A stretch of DNA of 21,427 bases from contig CBFFSA010000083.1 of the NCBI GenBank assembly GCA_965644495.1, positions 1 to 21,427 on the forward strand. The letters run 5' to 3'. Both the position numbers and the translations under genes were made by a program. Position 1 is the stretch's first letter. Each line of letters starts with the position of its first letter. Shown here piece after piece: positions 1 through 8,505 of this stretch. This DNA is from Perkinsela sp. CCAP 1560/9. Lineage: Eukaryota; Protista; Euglenozoa: Kinetoplastea. Below the pieces are notes generated by a model, which was not told the origin of the DNA, searched no databases, and saw nothing but the letters and a program-made list of their open reading frames with translations.

Positions 1-483
1 ATCTGTTGTTCTCATCACGTGTCCCTCTCGAGGTGTTGCTTGCCTGGAGGCCTTCTCTCCAATGGCATTACCCATCTTCTTCAATACTATGCCTCCTCTG
101 ACTTCCTGATTATCTTTTCAGACGCCTTGCTGTTAAGCTTGTTGTCTAATACGCTTTCCTTTGCGAATAATCAGGACCTCCCACGTTCACTGTATTACTT
201 TAATATCATGCCATGCTCTCGGACCCCGGGAGTGCTACGCATGGCTTCCCATTTCGTCATGCGTGGTGTTGTCTTCTGGCTAAGGCAAACCATCGACCAC
301 TCCGACAAGCAAATTTTCGAGGCTCAATCACTTCGGCTTTCGCCTACGGCCTAATATCTCCCTATCTACGCTTAACCAACTGTGTTACCACAGCTCGCCC
401 AAGACTCAGTACGGTGTGTAGTGGGCTCTACTTCACCGGCGGTACTTTCAACCGCTAGTAATACAGCGCTTCGTGGCGCGCAC
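1..483 (-). mobile_element. Group II intron, 5' part (domains I-III and start of DIV); RT ORF and DV/DVI expected beyond the left edge
   Basis: Minus strand starts GTGCGC at 483 (GUGYG consensus). It contains typical bacterial IIB-like motifs: GCGAAAGC hairpin, TGAGCCTCGAAA, CCGGGGTCCGAGAGCATGGCATG, GAACGTGGGAG, and a DIII-like AAGTCAGAGGAGGCATAGTA...GAAG...GGTAATGCC...GGAGAGAAGG. Confidence 0.85.
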
Positions 484-677
484 CAAACATTAGCTTATCA
501 TCTGCTGCTTTAGTCGATCAGTTTAGTGGAATTATGAGTCAACAGAGTGGTATGGAGGAAGAACCTGAATCTTCACTAGTCATTCAAGGAGAGCAAAGTA
601 GCAAAGAGAAGTCGGACTCGCCGACGCAACCGCAACAACAACCTAAGCTAACGCGAAGATCCTCGTCAACGATTCCT
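484..677 (+). pseudogene. Fragment of a low-complexity S/E/Q/P-rich protein gene, bounded on the left by the antisense intron
   Basis: The frame of ORF 534-722 is open from the intron boundary (NISLSSAALVDQFSGIMSQQSGMEEEPESS...RRSSSTIP). No family recognised. Confidence 0.3.
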
Positions 678-851
678 CTGCGTGCTAAGTATGCTATTTG
701 TAAAACTGCAGATATGACCTAGGTTTGCACAAATCTATTTTATTTCGTACAGTGCTACGTATAGACCAGTTCAAACGAGCACGGGTTAACCACAATATCG
801 CTGGCTTACCAGCCACGCACACTCATGTGCTTTAGTTGCTAAAGTACGTAG
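678..851. mobile_element. Possible internally deleted IS remnant or MITE
   Basis: Imperfect terminal inverted repeats: CTGCGTGCT at 678 versus CTACGTACT (reverse complement ending at 851). No TSD and no ORF. Confidence 0.22.
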
Positions 852-1052
852 TTTTTAGAGGATTGGTAATTTTAAGGCAAGAAATTAGAAAAAATCGCCA
901 AAATTTAGCAAACTGAAATCAACGAATCGTCCCCCAAGCCCTCTGTATTACTAAGTGCTTTTTTTTTCAAGCTCAGATTTAGTTATAGAAACCACCATGG
1001 CCATCTAGGATTGGCCATCCTCGAATATGAAACTCCTTTTGTGCATAATACC

Positions 1053-1193
1053 CCAGCACCGAGTCCGACGTATTCATTGCAGGCTAGAGGCAATCAAGCG
1101 AGACTCAGTCAACCGATTCCGGTAATTTACGGCAGACACATTGTCTATCCTGATTTAGCCAGCACACCCTATGCACATTATGCCAACAATGAA
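1053..1193 (+). pseudogene. Phage tail-tip (TipJ/host-specificity J-like) gene, N-terminal fragment, 5'-truncated
   Basis: PAPSPTYSLQARGNQARLSQPIPVIYGRH is a typical J-like N-terminal motif. It joins in frame to the sequence after 2891 once the IS and one TSD are removed. Confidence 0.8.
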
Positions 1194-2886
1194 CCTAAAT
1201 TCCTCAGTTGAAAGAAGCTGTATAATGGCTTGAGCTTATAGAATAAGGGATTATGCAATGAAAATGTTACGGCCAAGTATTCACCCCGAGGGTGAAAGCT
1301 CTAGTCAAGCAGTTGAGGCCAAAGAATTACCATTAGAAGTAGATACCTATGCAGGCAAGCTGCATGTTGAATGGGATCCGGACGCATCGGTTACGCCGTT
1401 TGGTCAGTTACCATTTTTTATCGACTACTTGAAACTGGGTCACCGCTTTTTACCGTGGGTAGAAGATTGCCCTCTGGAATACACCAGTAATAACGCACCA
1501 GAAAAGGTAGATGTGCTAGGGTCTTTGTTTTTATCAGTGCTGTCAGGTCATACTCGCTATGCCCATATGAAAATGCTGGCAAATGACCGAGTGAATAGAG
1601 AGTTACTAGGCATGAACAAAATAGTCAGTGATGATTCTGCACGCCGTGCGTTAAAAAAGATTGAAGAAGCAGAAGGAATTGCGTGGATGCAACGTCACTT
1701 ATATTCAACCTGTGAACCATTGCTAACAATGCCGTGGATACTAGATGTCGATACAACAATCAAACCGATTTACGGTCATCAAGAAGGAGCAAAGATTGGT
1801 TATAACCCAAAGAAATCAGGGCGTCCATCGCATACCTATCATACGTACATGATAGCGAACCTTCGCTTGGTATTAGAAGTTTGTGTTAAAGCAGGTAACG
1901 AAAGTCAATCGAGTCATTCATTAGAAGGGCTGATTGAGTTGCTGGATAAAATACCATTGGGTAGTAAACCGTATTTAGTGCGAGGAGATTGTGATTGGGG
2001 AACAAATACAATCATGGAAGAATTAGAGTCGCGGGCCAAGGTTATTTGTTCAAGTTAAAGAAATCAAAATACGTGCAAGAGCTGATAATTAAGCATCATG
2101 GTGCCGGCGAATGGACTACCCTTGACTCAGATTGGGAAGCTAAAGAAGCGACATTGCAACTATCGAGTTGGAACAAAACTCGTCGAGTTGTTATTGTAAG
2201 ACAGAAGTTGTCTACGTCAAGAGATACGATTGCGTTAGAGCATGAAGAAAGTGGTCAGCAACAATTATCATTTGTTGAAAGACCAGAAGATTTAAAATTA
2301 TTTCGTTACTCAGTTTTGATAACCAATAGAGATGACGACTTGGTTAGTGTGGTTTGCCATTATCGTGATAGAGCGGATTGTGAAAACCAATTTGATGAAA
2401 TTAAAAACCAATGGGGCTGGGGAGGTTATACCACGTCTGATTTAAAGAGCAGTCAGTTGATGTCGAGGATGATTGCTCTGATTTATAATTGGTGGACGTT
2501 GTTTGTTAGATTAGCTAATCCAGATAATCATTTTGAAGCCATTACATCACGCCCACTGTTATTGAGTAGTGTGGGTAAGTTAACCCAGTCAGGGCGACAA
2601 AAGAAAATGCTATTGACCAGTCAACATGGTTCTGCTCATAAAATAAAACACTATTGTCAGCGGATTGTTAGCTTTTTTTACGTCACTTAAGCGTATTGCG
2701 CCGCAGTTGACCCCTCAGGAATGCTGGAAAGCCATTTTGATGAAAGCAACCGAGAAATTTAACTGGAAAAATCAGACTGCTGTTCCTCTGTTGCTACCCG
2801 CGCCAGGATAAATTGCAAAAGGAAGATATTTTTTCAAATTTTCCTGGAAAAATACTACGCCGGGAGAATCAACTGAGGAATTTAGG
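1194..2886 (+). mobile_element. IS1380-family insertion sequence
   Basis: Perfect 18-bp TIRs CCTAAATTCCTCAGTTGA (1194-1211 and 2869-2886). 5-bp TSD ATGAA (1189-1193 and 2887-2891). Encodes a DDE transposase. Confidence 0.92.
1258..2811 (+). pseudogene. IS1380-family DDE transposase with two frameshifts
   Basis: Motifs LDVDTT..YGHQEGA..GYNP, VRGDCDW and YRDRADCENQFDEIK. Frameshifts at ~2033 (ESR/GQGYLFK) and in the T7 run 2673-2679. The shifted frame continues SFFTSLKRIAPQLTPQECW...LLLPAPG to a stop at 2811. Confidence 0.85.
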
Positions 2887-2888
2887 AT

Positions 2889-4565
2889 GAACAATACCTC
2901 TATCAGTTACATTGCATTGGCCAAGGTGAATACGACATTGAAAGTATTCGTATTGAAGATACGCCCATTAGTGCCTTTGCTGAAATCACGTATGAAGTGG
3001 TGCCGCCTGGCAGTCAAGTTACCTCATTCTCACCGAATGTCATCACCGCACCGGAAATCGCGGGTCAAGAATTGTTATCAACCAGTGATGGGGGCGGTTA
3101 CGTTGGTGGCTTTGTGGTGAACCCAGCGGATACCACTGCAACAGAATTAAGCATCGACATTATCATGCCACGAGGATTGTACTATGCCAATGATGGTGGT
3201 GGTTTAGATGCACGCACCATAACGTGGATTGTTGAGGCAAGACAAATTAATGATGAAGGTAATCCATTACAGGATTGGCAGCGCTTAGGCAGTGAAACCA
3301 TGACAGCCGCTACCAATACGCCACAACGGTTAACCTATCATTATGTTGTTGCGCCAGGGCGTTATGAAGTCAGGCTACTCAGAACCAATAATAAAGATAC
3401 GTCAGCTCGTAGTGGCAATGAATTACGTTGGGCAGGATTGAAAGCTACGCTTAATCAACGTGTTGAGTTGGGTAACGTCACGTTGCTCGCCATTAAAATG
3501 CGTGCCACCGATAACTTATCACAGCGTGCCTCGCGATTAGTGAATTGCATTGTTACGCGCAAGTTACCAACGTGGAATAGAGAAACAGGTTGGAGTGCAC
3601 CCAAGGCAACACGCTCAATTGCTTGGAGCTTAGCGGATATTGCAAAAAATGAATACGGTGGTAACTTGCCTGATAGCCGTATTGATTTACAAGCGTTAGC
3701 GAACTTAGATGCGATATGGCAACAACGCAATGATTTTGTGGATGTAGTATTTGACCAACCGATTACCGTGTGGGAAGCGATGACACGTGTTGCTCGTTGT
3801 GGGCGAGCAGTATGTTTTATGCAAACGGGGATTGTGCGGTTTGTTAGAGACGAGCCAAGAGAAATTCCAGTTGCCCTATTCTCACCACGCAATATTGTTA
3901 AGCACAGTTTGAAGTTGCAATACTTACTTGCTAGTGATGATACCGCTGACAGTGTCATTGTTGAATATTTTTGTAACCAAACTTGGCGACCCGATGAAGT
4001 GGAAGTGAGTTTACCTAACAGCACCAGTGAACAACCGGCAAGAGTGAGATTATTAGGCTGTACCGATAAGAGTCAAGCCATACGTGAAGGCAAATACATG
4101 GCAGCCACCAATCACTATCGCAGGCGTCTTGTTACCTTTCAAACAGAGCTAGAGGGATTGATACCAACCTATGGTGATTTAATTGCGATTACGCACGACA
4201 TGCCAAGCTGGGGACAAGGGGCTGAAGTCGTTAGCGTTGATGGTAACACGTTAACTTTATCGGAGCCATTAACGTGGGATGAAGATAAACTGGATGAACA
4301 TGTTATTGGTCTTCGCAAGCAAGATGGTAGTGTCAGTGGCACGTATCAAGTGTTACCAAGTAATAATGCTAATCAAGTCATCATTCAAGGTGACTTTGAT
4401 TTCAAACCCTATACCGGTGAATCACAAGAGCGCACACATGTGGCCTTTGGTGTTGGCAATGCGTGGAGCACATTGGCTCGCGTTACCGCTGTGCGTCCTA
4501 GAGGAGATATCATTGAAATTAGTGCCGTTACCGAACATCCAGTCGTGCATAGTTCAGATGTGTAA
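2889..4565 (+). pseudogene. Phage tail-tip/host-specificity J-like protein, C-terminal part of the IS-interrupted gene
   Basis: Open frame EQYLYQLHCIGQGEYD... leading into the 522-aa ORF, with GRYEVRLLR, ATRSIAW, VRFVRD, FSPRNIV and QAIREG motifs characteristic of lambdoid J-like tail proteins. Confidence 0.85.
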
Positions 4566-4576
4566 CCTTCTTACGT

Positions 4577-4933
4577 TTAATCAACATGTTTACGTTCACC
4601 CAGAGATTGAGCAATCATAGAAATAACCAATGTATTTAAACTAACACCATCTAATTTGGCTTGTTGAGCTAAACGTCTGTGTAATGATTTAGGCGCACGC
4701 TGCACCCATCTGCCGCTGGCGGTCGTTAAATCATTTGGACTTGGAATATCACGATTGGCTTCTTTAGCGGCTTCAATCCAGCACTGTACGGCATCGATTC
4801 CATTTTCAATGGTTTCCTCAACTGTTTCACCATCAGACATACAGCCAGGCAAATCAGGAAATTCAATCAAATATCCACCACCTTCTTCCTTGGAGAGATG
4901 GCGTACAGTAAACGGGTAATCAAGCTCTTTCAT
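4577..4933 (-). CDS. hicB: HicB-family antitoxin with C-terminal ribbon-helix-helix
   Basis: EEGGGYLIEFPDLPGCMSDGETVEE motif plus SGRWVQRAPKSLHRRL...GVSLN. Confidence 0.93.
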   Translation of the reverse strand: MKELDYPFTVRHLSKEEGGGYLIEFPDLPGCMSDGETVEETIENGIDAVQCWIEAAKEANRDIPSPNDLTTASGRWVQRAPKSLHRRLAQQAKLDGVSLNTLVISMIAQSLGERKHVD

Positions 4934-5175
4934 GACAAGGTATCTCCAATAAATTAATCAAGGCAACAAACTTTTTAATATAAACAGGCTTTACTGGCCG
5001 ATGAGCAGGGACACATAGCAATTCTATCCAAGCAGGATGGTTAAATACCACGTGACTACCTTTGCCCTTTCTCACATTAATACCATAATGCTTAGCCACT
5101 GTTTCCAGTTGCTCAATCCTCCAATCCCGAGGATTTTCGTTCATTTTTTTTGATGATTTTGCTAGCATTTCTCAT
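4920..5175 (-). CDS. hicA: HicA-family mRNA interferase toxin (start 5168, or 5175 if the T8 run carries an extra base)
   Basis: NPRDW...GKGSHVVF.H...VPAHRPVKPVYIKK motif. Overlaps the hicB start. Confidence 0.88.
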
Positions 5176-5183
5176 AATCATGC

Positions 5184-5205
5184 ATGATACTGCATATAGT
5201 ATCAT
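5184..5205. promoter_or_regulatory. Palindromic operator upstream of hicA (putative HicB site)
   Basis: ATGATACT-gcatat-AGTATCAT, a perfect 8-bp inverted repeat just upstream of the hicA start. Confidence 0.6.
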
Positions 5206-5246
5206 TTGTCCAGCTTTTTTATATCAATGACAGAGGAAACTTGCCC

Positions 5247-5549
5247 ATGACGAGCAATAACACTGAGCCATCTAACGATGGCATCACACTATCACAGGCA
5301 CAGCTTGACGAATTAATTGAAAGAGCCTCAACACGTGGCGCACGCAAAGCGCTTATTGAAATGGGTTTGATGGATGATACGGTCAATGACCTGCGTACAC
5401 TGCGAGGGCTAGCAAAAACCCTCAAGACGATGCAACACACGTTTGTGCAAACGATGGTGCGTTGGTTAACCATCGGCATGTTGGTGCTATTTTTCGCGGG
5501 GATTTCTGGGAAACTCGATTCACTATTTCACTTAAACAATAGCAAATAA
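5247..5549 (+). CDS. DUF6127-like small phage membrane protein
   Basis: GAGGA RBS. LDELIERASTRGARKALIEMGL...DLRTLRGL motif with a C-terminal TM helix. Located downstream of the tail gene. Confidence 0.7.
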   Translation: MTSNNTEPSNDGITLSQAQLDELIERASTRGARKALIEMGLMDDTVNDLRTLRGLAKTLKTMQHTFVQTMVRWLTIGMLVLFFAGISGKLDSLFHLNNSK

Positions 5550-5600
5550 ATAAGGAATAATAGGATGGTAACCTTACTAGCTACATTGGTGGGTTTTATA

Positions 5601-6164
5601 GTCCTCTAAATGGTTAAAACCCCCGTCTTCCAGACGGGAAAATCTTCAGATCTTGTTGTATGATGTGGGCATGGGCAACTATACGCACAGTCACCATACG
5701 GTCTACCACCATCGATACCACATTGTTTGGGTAACGAAGTATCGTTATAAAGTTTTGCAAGGTGAGCTACGTCTTCGCGTTCGTGCTCTTGTAGCGCAAG
5801 TAGCTGAGGAAATGGGGGTTGAAATACTCAATGGAGTATTGTCAACAGAGCACATCCATCTTTTTGTTAGTATTCCACCGCATATTTCAGTAAGTGATTT
5901 TGTTAAAAAGGCAAAGGGTCGTTCATCGCGCAAAATCCAGCAAGAGTTTCCTAGTATTCGCAAACGCTATTGGGGCAGGCATTTTTGGGGTCGTGGATAT
6001 TTTAGTAGCACAAGTGGCAATGTAACAGATGATATCATTAATGCTTACATTGATAATCATGTTGATGCTCATAAAGTGGATTATGAATCGAATATGTCTT
6101 TAGACTGATACCGGCTTCAGCCTAGATCTCCAACCCACCAACTTCTAGTTGGTGGTGGTTGAGT
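5601..6164 (+). mobile_element. IS200/IS605-family element (tnpA only)
   Basis: Subterminal hairpins CCCGTCT-tcc-AGACGGG (5622-5638) and CCACCAACT-tct-AGTTGGTGG (6135-6155). Inserted after TTTTATA with no TSD. Ends inferred from restoring the host frame, so +/- a few nt. Confidence 0.88.
5671..6108 (+). CDS. tnpA: Y1 HUH transposase TnpA
   Basis: YHIVWVTKYR, HIH (HUH), KGRSSR, FWGRGYF, and catalytic Tyr in INAYIDNH. Confidence 0.93.
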   Translation: MGNYTHSHHTVYHHRYHIVWVTKYRYKVLQGELRLRVRALVAQVAEEMGVEILNGVLSTEHIHLFVSIPPHISVSDFVKKAKGRSSRKIQQEFPSIRKRYWGRHFWGRGYFSSTSGNVTDDIINAYIDNHVDAHKVDYESNMSLD

Positions 6165-6592
6165 TCTTCAGCTTTTCCTGACATGTTAAAACTTGTCAGA
6201 GACAGAGCCGACAGGAAACATGAGCTAGCAATCTTGGACAGGCAGCTTGAAGCACAACGTGAAGGCCATGTTCAGCGTTTAGAAGAAATTGAAGTGCAAG
6301 CTGACATGGCTGAAAGCAAAGCACTGTATCAACATGCCAGTCTTCCAAGTCATGTAAAGTGGGTCGAAGCCTTGCGTGCATCGGTAAGGCCGGTAATAAC
6401 GTATGCGTTCTTTGCTTTGTTTGTCTTTGTTAAAGTGATGGCATTAATTGCATTACTGCAACAAGGGTTCACAATAGTAGACAGTGTGTTAACGATTTGG
6501 GACGATGAAACGCAAGCGTTATTTGCGGCAGTAATGGCCTTCTGGTTCGGGCAGCGCAGCGTCACAAAATCCCGTCAATTGCATCAGTGATG

Positions 6593-6649
6593 ACTGCTTA
6601 AATAAATAGGCATAAATGACTGGCTATGTTTTCGATAGTAAGCGTTAAT
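6593..6649 (+). repeat. 57-bp direct repeat, copy 1 (probable promoter/regulatory module)
   Basis: 52/57 identical to 7144-7200 by manual alignment. Lies ~35 bp upstream of ORF 6684. Confidence 0.85.
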
Positions 6650-6683
6650 GGTGATAAGAAAACATTTACTGGAGATTAAAGCC

Positions 6684-6995
6684 ATGAACACAAACGCAAA
6701 CACTTGCCACGTTAACATCACTATGATTGAAAATCCTGATGATAATTGCACACAAAGCGAAGTAAACGCCCTTATTACAGTATTTCGAGATGCACTCACC
6801 TGCATTGTTCCTACTCGCGCTAGCGAAGTGTGGATAAACCTAGGTGATTCTACCACAACACCCAAAAACGTTAAGGACTTTCAAGTGCGTTTAGGACGCT
6901 GTGAGCGGTTTGCCGGAAAACCGGAAAAATGGGCAGGGGAATTTACTACCGCCAGCAAGAAAGTTACCTTGATTGCACGAATAGATAATCACTAA
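6684..6995 (+). CDS. Hypothetical protein (103 aa)
   Basis: GGAG RBS at 6671, ATG at 6684, followed by a terminator. No recognised family. Confidence 0.65.
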   Translation: MNTNANTCHVNITMIENPDDNCTQSEVNALITVFRDALTCIVPTRASEVWINLGDSTTTPKNVKDFQVRLGRCERFAGKPEKWAGEFTTASKKVTLIARIDNH

Positions 6996-7013
6996 TTGTC
7001 TCTCCTTGAGTTT

Positions 7014-7053
7014 GGCAACAGGCGCCTAATGTTGGCGTTTGTTGCCCTTTTTT
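7014..7053 (+). terminator. Rho-independent terminator
   Basis: GGCAACAGGCGCC / GGCGTTTGTTGCC stem followed by C-T6. Confidence 0.75.
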
Positions 7054-7143
7054 ATTGGGTTAAACCCAATCTCCCCTACTCCATCACCAAGCCCTGTAAA
7101 GCCGATTATTCCAGCCACATTAATGGTCTGCACATCAGCGATA

Positions 7144-7200
7144 ACTGCTCGAATAAATAGGCATAATTGACTGGCTATGTCTTCGATAGTGAGCGTTAAT
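7144..7200 (+). repeat. 57-bp direct repeat, copy 2
   Basis: Matches 6593-6649. Ends 8 nt before the retroelement junction. Confidence 0.85.
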
Positions 7201-7208
7201 TACAACGT

Positions 7209-8505
7209 AAGGGTTTCCTGTCTCCATAGGTCCGAGTACTCTTGTTCCGCCCAACGCTGCATGCATTTATACGCATGTGAGGCATATGCCATGTGGCCTT
7301 TGCGGCCCCCTCGATGCGGAGCTGGTAAAACGCATTTGGGAAGCATGGCCAGAAGCGTCCATGCCTGTAAGGAGTTTTCAGAGACCGCGTTCCGAATGGC
7401 GGAGGAGAGGATTTCTTCCCAGATCTGGCGGCAACGATAAGGCACGTCTTTGCACGTACTCAGCTGAAGAGAGCAGACAGAAGGAAGAGGTGGGAGCTCA
7501 AAGTTGGTGTTCTCTGGTGTTGGTGCGGTGCTCACTTCGTTGGGTGGAGTAAGAAGTTCGGGAGAAAGGAGCGCAACGGTTTTCGTTCCTTTGCAGCTGT
7601 GTCTGTGCGATGATCGTTTGTGGTTGTCGTAGTGGCGTCCGCATGAGGTGCATAGAAAACGGCCTTCTCTGTACCACCATTCATTAGGGATGCTGTTACC
7701 GTGCCGGCATGCGACATGGTTATAGAAGGCTTGCCAGGATCCGCCATGCGACGGACTGCGCCATGAACATCCCTGGGCCGGGCACTCTCGGAGCGCGGCA
7801 GACTTTCCTTGGGACAATGAGTTGGGCTCAGCGAGGCTAACGCCAGCGTTTTCAATATTCTGGGTTTCGTGTCTTCTTCCTGGTTGCTCTTGAGATGGAC
7901 CCGGAATAAGTTCATAAGGATGCAAGAGTGAAGGTGTCTCTGGGTCTACCCGGTATCGGATGAGCTTATTTCTCCGTGGAGTAGGGGTTTTCTTGGAGTG
8001 ACCTTTAATGTCCTCATTGCTACGTGCTTGGGCGGATAGAGCAGTTTTGAGTGGTGTACTTAGATGCTGTGTAGCATTCAAAGCCTCTTTCGTCTTCTTC
8101 GCTGGCGTTACTTGCCTGATAACAGCGGAGTGTTGCATCTCTTCATTTTCGACCTCCGTGTGACCTGTGTCCGGTGTTTCATTAATCCCACCTACGATCG
8201 CGTTCGTTCGGCGGATCCAATCTTCAGGAATATTCTGAGGGATGGGGGTCGTGTAAAGGTCTTCATGGTATGTGCTCGTCCCCGTGAATAAATGTTCGTT
8301 TCCTTTAAATTGGTCCCAAGACCCCGGTCGGTGAGTTCTGCCATTAATTTCTAAGCATTTGTCGTCCGTCTCCATGGCTTCGGCTTCGTGGTCCGGATTT
8401 CCGCTGTTGTCGATTATGGGAGGAAGTGTGTCTGCGGGGGGGGTGATACCAGACATAAAAATTAACCCGTACCTCGGAAAGAGATGAAATAGAAAAAATT
8501 CAACA
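7209..8505 (-). mobile_element. Retrotransposon copy 1: 5' portion only (zinc fingers), 3'-truncated at the bacterial junction
   Basis: Matches the other copies down to ...LWRQETL, then reads into bacterial sequence (stop at 7200-7202). Confidence 0.93.

Larger units (their letters stand above)
5565..6590 (+). pseudogene. Holin-like phage membrane protein interrupted by an IS200-type element
   Basis: MVTLLATLVGFI (5565-5600) joins in frame to SSAFPDMLKLVRDRADRKHELAIL...LRASVRPVITY...FWFGQR (6165-6590) when 5601-6164 is removed. Confidence 0.8.

Noticed and set aside
19-458. ORFs 19-354 and 213-458
   Set aside because: Antisense to structured intron RNA, with no protein-like features.
2887-4620. 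ORFs 2887-3120, 3455-4024 and 4279-4620
   Set aside because: They overlap the tail-tip gene in other frames or on the opposite strand.
5601-6164. TnpB/omegaRNA system or IStron
   Set aside because: The element is only ~564 bp with tnpA alone. No tnpB and no group I intron sequence.
6593-7200. CRISPR array, DGR TR/VR pair or att sites
   Set aside because: Only two copies 551 bp apart, no cas genes, both non-coding, mismatches not confined to adenines, and no integrase in view.
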